From a virus, in the IMG/VR virus record IMGVR_UViG_3300048998_000125, positions 1 to 39,994 of that record: 39,994 nucleotides of DNA; one strand, given 5' to 3'. The notes under the pieces were generated by a model. That model made no database searches. It was not told the origin of the DNA and saw only the letters and a program-made list of their open reading frames with translations. Below, piece by piece: positions 28,837 through 37,562 of this stretch. Both the position numbers and the translations under genes were made by a program. Numbering within the stretch: position 1 is the first letter of the stretch; each line of letters begins with the position of its first letter.

Positions 28837-29198
28837 TCTGGCTGCTCTACGCCTGGCTGTGCTGGGTGGCGCTCAACTTCGGCGCCATGCTGCTCGTGTC
28901 GTTCGTGCTCAAGCCGGACGCGCCGTGCTTCACCGGGTTGGTGACCGTGTTGCCGGCCTGGATGGACGATCTGCTGGCGCCGGAGGAATATCACGCGATC
29001 GTGCTGCACGAGCGGGCGCATCAGTTCTACGGCGACGTGTGGTTCAACTTCGCGCGGCGGTGCTTTTTCCTGCCAGTGTCGAAGGAGCGCATCGAGCGGC
29101 AGGAAGTGCTGGCCGATGCGTACGTGCTCGCGCGCGGCTATCACTCTGCGCTGTGGTCGGCGCGGTTGAAGATTCGGAAAAGGAAAACCGCAAGCTGA
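28833..29198 (+). CDS. Small membrane protein with HExxH (M56/BlaR1-like) motif
   Basis: 121 aa. The N-terminal TM segments are IWLLYAWLCWVALNFGAMLLVSFVL. HAIVLHERAHQFYGDVWFNF...ERQEVLADAYVL parallels the M56 pattern vLxHExxHxxxxD...E..aD. HERAH is at nt 29007-29021. Confidence 0.6.
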   Translation: MIWLLYAWLCWVALNFGAMLLVSFVLKPDAPCFTGLVTVLPAWMDDLLAPEEYHAIVLHERAHQFYGDVWFNFARRCFFLPVSKERIERQEVLADAYVLARGYHSALWSARLKIRKRKTAS

Positions 29199-29203
29199 AA
29201 GGC

Positions 29204-29323
29204 GTGGTGGTGATCGGCTTCGACAACGATGGCGAATTCTACGGTGCGTCGAGCATCGCCGACGGTGGCAGCGTCATGTGGCTGATGGAAGTTTGCAAAC
29301 GCAAAATGCTGGAGGGAACATGA
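29204..29323 (+). CDS. ~39-aa ORF coupled (ATGA) to the small terminase gene; start uncertain (GTG 29204/29207/29210 or 29153)
   Basis: VVVIGFDNDGEFYGASSIADGGSVMWLMEVCKRKMLEGT. Its stop overlaps the terS ATG. Confidence 0.35.
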   Translation: MVVIGFDNDGEFYGASSIADGGSVMWLMEVCKRKMLEGT

Positions 29324-29640
29324 ACGACAAAACGAAACCGGCACGGGCGCCAGTGACCCCGCCGAATGCGGGAAAGGGCCGCCCGCCCGGGCCGAACAAG
29401 GTCACGACGGCGCTCAAGGAAGCGATTCTTCTGGCGGCCAAGAACAAGGGCAGCGACGGCAAAGGCGCCGGCGGCCTGGTCGGGTATCTCGAAATGCTGG
29501 CAGGGAAAGAGCGTAAAGCGTTCGCCATGTTGCTGGGCAAGGTGCTGCCGCTCAAGATCAGCGGCGAGGGCGAAGACGGCGCGATCAGAGTCGTGATCAA
29601 GGATTACACCGGGCGGAAGAAAGCTGATGCCGCAGATTGA
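29320..29640 (+). CDS. Terminase small subunit
   Basis: ATG 29320 follows GGAGGG. The gene encodes MNDKTKPARAPVTPPNAGKGRPPGPNKVTTALKEAILLAA, i.e. G-R-P followed by an HTH-like segment. It lies immediately upstream of, and overlaps, the large terminase. Confidence 0.75.
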   Translation: MNDKTKPARAPVTPPNAGKGRPPGPNKVTTALKEAILLAAKNKGSDGKGAGGLVGYLEMLAGKERKAFAMLLGKVLPLKISGEGEDGAIRVVIKDYTGRKKADAAD

Positions 29641-31075
29641 ATTCGAGTATGCGCCGCAAGGCCCGACGCTCGAGCAGTACCTGCTGAGCCGCGAGCAGCG
29701 CACGTTTATTTGCGGGCCGCTCGGCTCGTCGAAGACAAACGCGAGCTGCTGGAAAGTCTTTCGCGGCATGAATGACCAAGCGCCGAACCGCGAGGGCGTG
29801 CGCAAATCGCGCTGGGTTGCGGTGCGCAATACCTATCCCGACCTGTTTGGCACCACGATCAAAGACTGGCTGGAGATGTTCGAACCGCTCGGCCGCTTCG
29901 TGAAAGGCGGCATGGAACCGCCGACGCACTACCTGTCATTCGAAGCGGATGATGGGACAACTGTCGAAGCGGAACTGATCTTCCTGGCACTGGACCGTGA
30001 AGAGCACGTCAAGAAGCTGCGCGGCCTGCAGCTCACCGGCGGCTGGATCAACGAAACGAAGGAAATCCCCTTCGCCATCATTTCGATGCTCGACCTGCGC
30101 GTCGGACGCTACCCTCAAGACGTTGAGCCGACTTGGTACGGCATATTCGGAGACACCAACGCACCGGATACCGACCACTGGTATTACCGATTGGCCGAAG
30201 ACGAAAAGCCGGAAGGTTGGGCCTTTCTCAAGCAGCCTGGCGGACTGATCCGCGACAACAAGGATTCGCCATGGCGCGAGAACCCGCTGGCGGAGAATAT
30301 CCAGAACCTGCCGAAGGGCTATTACCTCAAGGGCGCGCAGGGTAAGGGGGAGGACTGGATCCTCGTCAACCTTGCGAACGAATACGGATTCGTCACCGAC
30401 GGCAAGCCTGTCTATCCGGACTATCGGGATTCCGTGCACTGCAAGCCGTTTGAATTGGTCAAGGAACTGGGCCTGCACATCGGTCTGGACTTCGGACTCA
30501 CGCCGGCCGCCGTGATCGGACAGCGCACGGCGATGGGGCAATGGCGCTGGCGGCGCGAGCTGGTCACGGAGGACACCGGCGTTATTCGCTTTGCAGCGGA
30601 GTTGAAGCGCTATCTTGGCGAGCACTTCAACGGCTGGCCGATTGTATCGATCACCGGCGACCCGGCGGGTAACCAGCGGCAAGGCGGTGACGAGGACGAG
30701 CGCACCGTATTTTCGATACTTGCCGCTCACGGTGTAGCCGCACAGCCTGCGCCGACCAACGACTTTAGCCTGCGGTCAGAGGCGGTATCCTCGCCGCTGC
30801 GCAGGATGATCGACGGCGAGCCGGGTTTCCTGATTCACCCGGATTGCAAGGTGACGCGCAAGGGTATGCAGGGCGGCTACCACTACAAGCGCGTCCAGGT
30901 CGCGGGCGACGAGCGCTTCCGTGATGTTCCGGACAAGAACCGGTTTTCACATCCTTGTGAGGCCGGCCAATATCTCATGCTGGGCGCCGGCGAGCACCTG
31001 ACGCTCACGCCGCCGCCAAAGCCGCAACCGGTGGTGGTGCCTCTCCCCATGGTCAACCACTACGGCCGGCGGTAG
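29627..31075 (+). CDS. Terminase large subunit
   Basis: 482 aa. It has the Walker A-like CGPLGSSKT and a C-terminal nuclease-type region. It sits between terS and the portal gene. Confidence 0.9.
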   Translation: MPQIEFEYAPQGPTLEQYLLSREQRTFICGPLGSSKTNASCWKVFRGMNDQAPNREGVRKSRWVAVRNTYPDLFGTTIKDWLEMFEPLGRFVKGGMEPPTHYLSFEADDGTTVEAELIFLALDREEHVKKLRGLQLTGGWINETKEIPFAIISMLDLRVGRYPQDVEPTWYGIFGDTNAPDTDHWYYRLAEDEKPEGWAFLKQPGGLIRDNKDSPWRENPLAENIQNLPKGYYLKGAQGKGEDWILVNLANEYGFVTDGKPVYPDYRDSVHCKPFELVKELGLHIGLDFGLTPAAVIGQRTAMGQWRWRRELVTEDTGVIRFAAELKRYLGEHFNGWPIVSITGDPAGNQRQGGDEDERTVFSILAAHGVAAQPAPTNDFSLRSEAVSSPLRRMIDGEPGFLIHPDCKVTRKGMQGGYHYKRVQVAGDERFRDVPDKNRFSHPCEAGQYLMLGAGEHLTLTPPPKPQPVVVPLPMVNHYGRR

Positions 31076-31142
31076 ATTTCCCTTTTCCGGCGCGATAGAG
31101 TTAAACTATCGCAACTTTCCAGCCTGAAAGGTAGGGGCTATC

Positions 31143-33200
31143 ATGTCGCAGACCAAGGAACAGCGCCTCGCCGGCGCCCACCAGCGGTTCATCACCGAAT
31201 TTAACCAGATCCAGGGCGCTGTTCGCGAGGTACGAATGCAATGCCTCGGCGCCCGCCGCTTCTACTCGATTCCCGGCGCGCAATGGGAAGGCCCACTCGG
31301 CGAGCAGTTTGAAAACAAGCCAAAATTCGAGATGAACAAGGTGCACCTGGCGGTGATCCGGATCATCAACGAGTATCGAAACAACCGGATCACGGTCGAC
31401 TTCGTGCCGAACGATGGCACGCAAGACGACGACCTGGCCGACACATGCGATGGGCTGTACCGGGCCGACGAGCAGGACTCAGGCGGGCAGGAAGCGTTCG
31501 ACAATGCCTTCGAAGAGGGCGTCGGCGGTGGCATGGGAGCCTGGCGCGTGCGTGCGCGGTACGAGGACGACCTCGACGACGAGGACGACCGGCAGCGCGC
31601 CGGCTTCGATCCGATCTTTGACGCTGATTCGTGCGTATTCTTCAACCTGGACGCCAAGCGGCAGGACAAGGCCGACGCCAAGCGCTGCTACGTGTTGACC
31701 AGCATGACACCGGGCGCGTTTAAGGAAGAGTACGGCCACGACCCGGCGAGCTGGCCCAAAGACATCTCGATGACCGAATTCGACTGGTCGACGCCGGACG
31801 TGGTATTCGTGGCCGAGGTGTACGAAATCGAGGAAAAGACCGAGATCATCCACATCTTCCGCGGCTTGGCGCTGGACGACGACGAGCCGAACGAGAAGAA
31901 GGTCAGCGATGCCGATCTGCGCGAGGATCCGGACCTGCTCAAGACGCTGGAGGCGACCGGCTTCCGCGAGGTACGGCAGAAGCGCGCCAAGCGCCAGCGC
32001 GTACACAAATACATCATGTCGGGCAACAGGATCGAAGAGGACTGCGGCTATATCTCCGGCACCTGCATTCCGATCGTTCCCTTCTACGGCAAGCGCTGGT
32101 ACGTCGACAACATCGAGCGTTGCATGGGGCACGTGCACCTGGCAATGGATGCGCAGCGCCTGACCAACATGCTCAACTCGTGGATAGCCGAGATTGCCAG
32201 CCGGTTTGACGTCGAGAAACCGATCCTCACCCCTGAGCAAATCCTTGGCCACGCTGTTATGTGGGCCGAAGACAATATCAAGAAATATCCGTATCTGCTG
32301 GTCAATCCCATCACTGACGCCCAGGGGCAGAAGATTTCCACCGGCCCGATCGGCTACACCAAAGCGCCGAACGTCCCGCCGGCGATGGCTGCCCTGGTCC
32401 AGATCGCCTACCAAGCGCTCGAAGACATGCTCGGCAACCAGAAAGACGGCGAGAAGATGATGTCGAATATCGGCGAGAAAACCGTCGAGATGATTCAGAC
32501 GCGCCTCGACATGCAGGCCTTCATCTACATGGACAACTTCGCCAAGGCAGTCAAGCGCAGCGGTGAAATCTGGCTCTCGATGTGCAAGGACATCATCGTC
32601 GAAGAATGCCGCAAGATGAAAACCGTCGGCGTTGACGGCAAGGTCGGCAGCGTGGAAATGCTCAAGCCAATGATCAATCCCGAAACCTCCGAGAGGTACA
32701 TGGAGAACGACCTGTCGCGCGCGAAGCTGGGCGTGCATGTGGACGTCGGCCCGACCTCTTCGAGCAAACGCGGCGCGATGGTCAAGTCGCTGATCGCCAT
32801 TCGGCAGATGATGACCGATCCGCAAGACTTGAAGGTCAATCTCGGCATGATCATGACCAACCTCGAAGGCGAGGGCATGAGCGAGTATCGCGCCTACTAC
32901 CGCAAGATACTGCTGCACATGGGCGTGCTCAAGCCGTCCGACGAGGAAATCAAGGAAATGCAGGCCGAGCAGCAGAACGTGCAGCCCGATCCGAACGCGG
33001 TCTACTTGGGCGCCGCTGCCAAGGAAGCCGAAGCCAAGGGGCAGCTCGCGCTGGCCAACGCCGAGAAAGCGAAGGCCGACACCATCAAGACCATGGCCGA
33101 GGTCGGGACCGAGCACCAGAACCAAGCGATCGCGGCGGCCACCGCGCTGCAGCAAGCGATGCAGGGGCAGACGGGATTGCCGGGCGCTCCGCCTGGTTGA
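31143..33200 (+). CDS. Portal protein (P22 gp1 type)
   Basis: 685 aa. The N-terminus is ...FYSIPGAQWEGPLGEQFENKPKFEMNKVHLAVIRIINEYRNNRITVDFVP, and the long C-terminal helical barrel is Ala/Gln-rich. Gene order is P22-like. Confidence 0.9.
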   Translation: MSQTKEQRLAGAHQRFITEFNQIQGAVREVRMQCLGARRFYSIPGAQWEGPLGEQFENKPKFEMNKVHLAVIRIINEYRNNRITVDFVPNDGTQDDDLADTCDGLYRADEQDSGGQEAFDNAFEEGVGGGMGAWRVRARYEDDLDDEDDRQRAGFDPIFDADSCVFFNLDAKRQDKADAKRCYVLTSMTPGAFKEEYGHDPASWPKDISMTEFDWSTPDVVFVAEVYEIEEKTEIIHIFRGLALDDDEPNEKKVSDADLREDPDLLKTLEATGFREVRQKRAKRQRVHKYIMSGNRIEEDCGYISGTCIPIVPFYGKRWYVDNIERCMGHVHLAMDAQRLTNMLNSWIAEIASRFDVEKPILTPEQILGHAVMWAEDNIKKYPYLLVNPITDAQGQKISTGPIGYTKAPNVPPAMAALVQIAYQALEDMLGNQKDGEKMMSNIGEKTVEMIQTRLDMQAFIYMDNFAKAVKRSGEIWLSMCKDIIVEECRKMKTVGVDGKVGSVEMLKPMINPETSERYMENDLSRAKLGVHVDVGPTSSSKRGAMVKSLIAIRQMMTDPQDLKVNLGMIMTNLEGEGMSEYRAYYRKILLHMGVLKPSDEEIKEMQAEQQNVQPDPNAVYLGAAAKEAEAKGQLALANAEKAKADTIKTMAEVGTEHQNQAIAAATALQQAMQGQTGLPGAPPG

Positions 33201-33227
33201 CAAAACCGTCGTTTCATCCGTTGACGA

Positions 33228-33259
33228 AAGCCCGAATCTGCACCGTTCGGGCTTTTTTC
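33228..33259 (+). terminator. Intrinsic terminator between portal and scaffold genes
   Basis: AAGCCCGAA-tctgcaccg-TTCGGGCTT (9-bp stem) is followed by TTTTCTT. Confidence 0.8.
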
Positions 33260-33292
33260 TTGCCCGCTTTAATAGTTTAAGTCAATCAATAC

Positions 33293-33321
33293 TTGCTTTC
33301 GCAATAGTTTCCTCCTATTAT
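33293..33321 (+). promoter_or_regulatory. Sigma70-like promoter upstream of scaffold/coat genes
   Basis: TTGCTT (33293-33298), a 17-nt spacer, then TATTAT (33316-33321). Confidence 0.5.
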
Positions 33322-33376
33322 CCTTGCCATATGGCACCCCGCCGGGCCTATCGGCGAGTTTGAAGGGACGATATCG

Positions 33377-34270
33377 ATGGCAACAGCAACCGCAACCGAC
33401 GAAACGCTGGTTAAAACCGGCACCGAAGGGGATGACACCGAGGAAGTGCTGGAACTGGACGGCGAGACGCTCGAAGGTGACGACACAGCGGAAGGTGGCG
33501 CGGATGATGGCGACGAAGGCGACGAGGACGAAGTCCTGATCACCATCGGCGACGAGAAGCCCGACGAGTCCGAGGAAGAAAAGCAGATTGCCCAGGCGCC
33601 GCAGTGGGTGAAAGACCTACGCAAGAAGGCCCGCGAAACGGATCGGGAAAACCGCGAACTCAGGGCGAAGCTGGCAGCGCCGGCAGTAAAGACCGAGATG
33701 GTCGACGCCGTAGGCGCAGAGCCGACGCTCGAAGGCTGCGGTTACGATGCCGACAAGTTCAAGGCCGAGCTGACCGCCTTTTTTGAGCGCAAGCGCAAAG
33801 CGGACGAGCAGCAGGCCGAACAGCAGCGGAAGGTCGAGGCAGCCAACAAGGCCTATCAGGCCAAGCTGGACGGGTACGGTAAGCAGAAGGGCGAATTGAA
33901 GGTGAAGGATTTCGACGAGGCCGAGCAGGCCGTCAAAGACACCCTCTCACCGATGCAGCAAAGCATGCTCGTTAAAGGAGCCGCGAACGCTGCAGTGCTG
34001 GTCTACGCGCTTGGAAAGAATCCCAAGAAGGCGCAGGAACTGGCCGCAATCGCTGATCCTGTTGAATTCATTGCAGCCGCAGTCAGACTGGAGACGCAAT
34101 TGAAAGTGACCAACCGCAAAGCAGCACCGTTGCCGGAAAAGACATTGCGCGGTTCCGCGCCGGTGTCCGGCGGCTCGAACAAGGAACTGGAAAAGTTGGA
34201 AGCCGAGGCAGCAAAGACCGGCGACCGCTCGAAGGTTATCGCGTACAAGCGCAAGCTGCGTCAGGCATAG
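33377..34270 (+). CDS. Scaffolding protein
   Basis: 297 aa. The N-terminus is highly acidic (DDTEEVLELDGETLEGDDTAEGGADDGDEGDEDE), followed by Lys/Glu/Ala coiled coil. The gene lies between portal and coat. Confidence 0.8.
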   Translation: MATATATDETLVKTGTEGDDTEEVLELDGETLEGDDTAEGGADDGDEGDEDEVLITIGDEKPDESEEEKQIAQAPQWVKDLRKKARETDRENRELRAKLAAPAVKTEMVDAVGAEPTLEGCGYDADKFKAELTAFFERKRKADEQQAEQQRKVEAANKAYQAKLDGYGKQKGELKVKDFDEAEQAVKDTLSPMQQSMLVKGAANAAVLVYALGKNPKKAQELAAIADPVEFIAAAVRLETQLKVTNRKAAPLPEKTLRGSAPVSGGSNKELEKLEAEAAKTGDRSKVIAYKRKLRQA

Positions 34271-34396
34271 AAGTAAAACGGCGCCGTCGAGCCGCAATCG
34301 ACGTGACAAGGCAGCCGCCAGGCCGTGACTGGTGAGTAGAGAAAAACCGTGGTCGGAAGCGACCGCAACTTTAATCCACTCATTCAGGAGCTTGTC

Positions 34397-35854
34397 ATGA
34401 AAAAGTATTTCCTCTCGGCGATTATCGCCCTCGCAGCACTGGCACTGTTCGTGCCGCAAACCATCCATCGATTCGCCATCAAGGCAGTAGCCGGTATCGC
34501 CGCTGCGGTGACGTGCTACGTCCTGCTTCCGCTGTCCGAAGCCATCCGTTCGAGCTTGGCCCGCAACGGCCTGATCCTGTACGCAAACAGCTTTTCGAAA
34601 GAAGAGTTGGTCGCGTTCGACAAGGTCTTCGAAGCATTCGATGACGGCCTGGTGATGTCGAACCTGTTCCAGAAGTATCAGCTGGACGATGTGTCTGCCG
34701 AACGTACCGGTAACACGATCTGGCGTCCGCAGCCGTACATTGCGCAGTCGTTCACCGGTCTGGATCAAACCTCGAACTTCAACCGCAACTACACACAGTT
34801 GTCGGTCCCGACCTCGTTGGCATATAGCCACTCCGTGCCGCTGACCCTGTCGGCAACCGAACTGCGCGACTTGCTGCAATCCGAGCGCCTGGGCCTGGCC
34901 GCAATGCAACGTCTCGCCAGCGACATCAACGTCGACTGCTCGAACCTTGCAGCGCTGACCGGCACCGTGTTCGTCAAACGCTCCGGCGCTGCTGCCGGCT
35001 TCGATGACGTCGCTGCCTGCGACGCCGCGTTCAACCGCATGGGCGTGCCGATGTTCGACCGTAAGGCCGCCTTCTCCAGCGCCGACTACAACGGCATGGC
35101 GTCGAACCTGGCTTCCCGCGTGCTCGACAACAGCAAGTCGCTGACCGCCTATGAGCGTGCTCGCGTGGGCATGATCGCCGGCTTCGACACCTACAAGCTG
35201 GACTACGCCTACCGCCTGACCGCGGCGGCTGGTGTGACTGTTACCGTCAACGGCGCCAACCAGCGCTACGTGCCGGCAGCAACCACGCTTGACGCCAACG
35301 GCGGCCGCCATAACGTCGACAACCGGTTCCAGAACCTGACCATCGGCGTGGTATCGGGCACCGTCAAGGTCGGCGACGCCTTCACCATTGCCGGTGTCAA
35401 CGAAGTGCATCACATCACCAAGCAGGACACCGGTTCGCTCAAGACCTTCCGGGTCAACGCGATCATTTCCGGCGCCGGCGGCGCGGGCGTGATTCAAATC
35501 TCGCCTCCGATCATCGCGGCCGATTCGTCCCCGACTGATCCGGAACTGCAATACAAGAACGTGACGGCAACGCCAGCCAACGGCGCTGCAATCACCTTCC
35601 TGAATACGGTTTCCGGCTCGGTCAATCCGTTCTGGCAAGCCGACGCCTTCGAGATCATGCCTGGCCGTTACGTGCCGGCGCAGGATAGCGGCCTGGCGAT
35701 CATGCAGAGCACCACCGAGAACGGCGTGACGGTTGTCATGACCCGCCAAGGTGCTATCAACGACCTGAGCACCAAGTATCGCTGGGACGTGTTCTACGGC
35801 CTCGTGAACAAGCAGCCGGAAATGACCGGCGCGGTAATGTTCAGCCAGACCTAA
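34397..35854 (+). CDS. Major capsid protein (P22 gp5 type) with ~64-aa hydrophobic N-terminal extension
   Basis: ATG 34397 lies 6 nt after AGGAG. GNTIWRPQPY matches P22 SNTIWMPVEQ. HNVDNRFQNLTIGVVSGTVKVGDAFTIAGV matches [29 protein letters not shown], and NPFWQADAFEI matches NVFWADDAIRI. Homology to the P22 coat begins near residue 66. Confidence 0.85.
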   Translation: MKKYFLSAIIALAALALFVPQTIHRFAIKAVAGIAAAVTCYVLLPLSEAIRSSLARNGLILYANSFSKEELVAFDKVFEAFDDGLVMSNLFQKYQLDDVSAERTGNTIWRPQPYIAQSFTGLDQTSNFNRNYTQLSVPTSLAYSHSVPLTLSATELRDLLQSERLGLAAMQRLASDINVDCSNLAALTGTVFVKRSGAAAGFDDVAACDAAFNRMGVPMFDRKAAFSSADYNGMASNLASRVLDNSKSLTAYERARVGMIAGFDTYKLDYAYRLTAAAGVTVTVNGANQRYVPAATTLDANGGRHNVDNRFQNLTIGVVSGTVKVGDAFTIAGVNEVHHITKQDTGSLKTFRVNAIISGAGGAGVIQISPPIIAADSSPTDPELQYKNVTATPANGAAITFLNTVSGSVNPFWQADAFEIMPGRYVPAQDSGLAIMQSTTENGVTVVMTRQGAINDLSTKYRWDVFYGLVNKQPEMTGAVMFSQT

Positions 35855-35896
35855 CCGGTAACCGAGTCTTCTCCTCTTGGTGTAAGCCAAGCTCAC

Positions 35897-35933
35897 GGCC
35901 CGCTGCGGACTACCCTCCAAAGCGGGCCTTTTT
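35897..35933 (+). terminator. Intrinsic terminator after the coat gene
   Basis: GGCCCGCT-16 nt-AGCGGGCC is followed by TTTTT. Confidence 0.7.
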
Positions 35934-35960
35934 CCAGAACCACTCGAAAGGGTTTAGAAA

Positions 35961-36254
35961 ATGGAATTCCCAAAAATGCTGTACAAAGCCGGCGGCCCGG
36001 AAGACATTCACGGCGGCCACTTTTCCACCAAGGTGGTCAACGACGAAGCCGAGCAGGAAGCTGCGCTGGCCGATGGTTGGCACCTGACCACGCCGGAAGC
36101 CGCCGAAGCGCTGGCACCGAAGAAAGAGGAAGACCAGCCGCCCACGCGCGCCGAACTCGAGGCCAAGGCCGCCGAGCTGGGCATCGACTTCGCCAAGAAC
36201 ATCGGCGACGCGAAGCTGGCAGCAAAGATCGCCGAAGCGCTGGCACCGAAGTAA
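35961..36254 (+). CDS. Small protein with C-terminal HeH/SAP-like motif, 97 aa
   Basis: ATG 35961 follows AAAGGG. TRAELEAKAAELGIDFAKNIGDAKLAAKI is a helix-extended-helix pattern. Confidence 0.65.
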   Translation: MEFPKMLYKAGGPEDIHGGHFSTKVVNDEAEQEAALADGWHLTTPEAAEALAPKKEEDQPPTRAELEAKAAELGIDFAKNIGDAKLAAKIAEALAPK

Positions 36255-36271
36255 ATCGGACGAGGTGAGCC

Positions 36272-36757
36272 ATGAGCTGGACAAAGCGGCAGTTAATCGA
36301 GCAAGCCTTCGGCGAATTGGCGCTGGCGTCGTATGTCTTCGACCTCACGCCGGAAGAACTCGACGCTGCTGTGCGCCGCATGGATGCCATGCTGGCCACC
36401 TGGAACGCAGCGGGGATTCGCCTCGGCTACGCGCTGACGTCCAGCCCCGACGATTCCGACCTCGAACAGGATTCCGGCCTGCCGGACGCCGCCTTCGAGG
36501 CCGTCTATTTGAACCTTGCGGTCCGCACCGCCGCAAGCAAGGGCAAGGTGCTATCCCAGGACACGCGCAACGCAGCGAAGGCGGCCTATGACGTGCTGCT
36601 GATGCGCGCCGCCATGCCTCCCGAGATGCAGAACCGCGCCAACATTCCCGCCGGTGCTGGCAACAAATCCTGGCGCAGCGTCAACGCACCATTCCTGCCG
36701 TCTCCGGTCGATCCACTCGAAACGGTCGATGGCGACAACACTCTCGATTTTGAATAG
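36272..36757 (+). CDS. Head-completion / tail adaptor protein (P22 gp4-like)
   Basis: SWTKRQLIEQAFGELALAS...TPEELDAAVRRMDAMLATWNAAGIRLGY parallels P22 gp4 KGDLVRAALRKLGVAS...[30 protein letters not shown]. 161 versus 166 aa. Confidence 0.8.
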   Translation: MSWTKRQLIEQAFGELALASYVFDLTPEELDAAVRRMDAMLATWNAAGIRLGYALTSSPDDSDLEQDSGLPDAAFEAVYLNLAVRTAASKGKVLSQDTRNAAKAAYDVLLMRAAMPPEMQNRANIPAGAGNKSWRSVNAPFLPSPVDPLETVDGDNTLDFE

Positions 36758-36766
36758 GACGCTGCC

Positions 36767-37225
36767 ATGCAGATCAATCAACTATCCGCGCAAGACACGC
36801 TGACTGCGTCCGACTTGTTCGCTATCTGGTCCAGCTCGAACGGCGACTCGCGCAAGGTGGCCGCGTCGGTGCTGCTGGCTTACCTGCAGGCAAATCTGAC
36901 CTCAAACGGCAGCATGCAGACGCAATACTATGCGCCGGCCGCCACAGGGTTCTCTGTCACGATCAACCCGGTCACCGACGGCGGCAGCGTTTTACTGCTG
37001 CTTACCCCTGCCGGCACATATGCCGCCGGCACGATCGTGCTGCCAGCACTGGCCGAGTGCGTCGACGGGCAAGAGGTGCTCGTGTCGTGCACGCAGATCG
37101 TGACTGCCCTTACCGTGAGCGGCAACGGTTCCACCGTCAACGGCGCGCCGACCGCCTTGGCCGCCAACGGCTATTTCCGCCTGCGCTTCGACGGCGTGCT
37201 GTCGTCGTGGTATCGCGTCGGCTGA
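36767..37225 (+). CDS. Virion-module protein, 152 aa, unknown function
   Basis: ATG 36767. The gene lies between the gp4-like and gp10-like genes, a slot that is empty in P22. Confidence 0.6.
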   Translation: MQINQLSAQDTLTASDLFAIWSSSNGDSRKVAASVLLAYLQANLTSNGSMQTQYYAPAATGFSVTINPVTDGGSVLLLLTPAGTYAAGTIVLPALAECVDGQEVLVSCTQIVTALTVSGNGSTVNGAPTALAANGYFRLRFDGVLSSWYRVG

Positions 37226-37249
37226 TCAAACTAATCACTGGAGAACAAC

Positions 37250-37549
37250 ATGACGATCCGCGCCCCATTTCAGCCGAAGGTTGGCTCGAACGCAGTTGTA
37301 ACACCGGCCGCCGCCTCTGCGGCCACCACTGTAGACGCCAACAGCAGATCGGTGCGACTGGTCAACAGCGGCGCGAATATCTGTTACGTGCGAATTTCTG
37401 CGGCGGCCGCAGCCGCCACCACCGCCGACTTGCCGGTCCGCTCTGGCGAGTCAATCATCGTTTCGAAGGCGCCAGGCCAAGACCAAATATCTTATATTTC
37501 GGCGGCCGGCACGACGCTCAATATTCAGCCAGGGGAAGGCGGTATCTGA
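37250..37549 (+). CDS. Virion-module protein, 99 aa, Ala/Ser/Thr-rich, unknown function
   Basis: ATG 37250 follows GGAGAA. Confidence 0.55.
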   Translation: MTIRAPFQPKVGSNAVVTPAAASAATTVDANSRSVRLVNSGANICYVRISAAAAAATTADLPVRSGESIIVSKAPGQDQISYISAAGTTLNIQPGEGGI

Positions 37550-37562
37550 GCCTTGAGAATCA

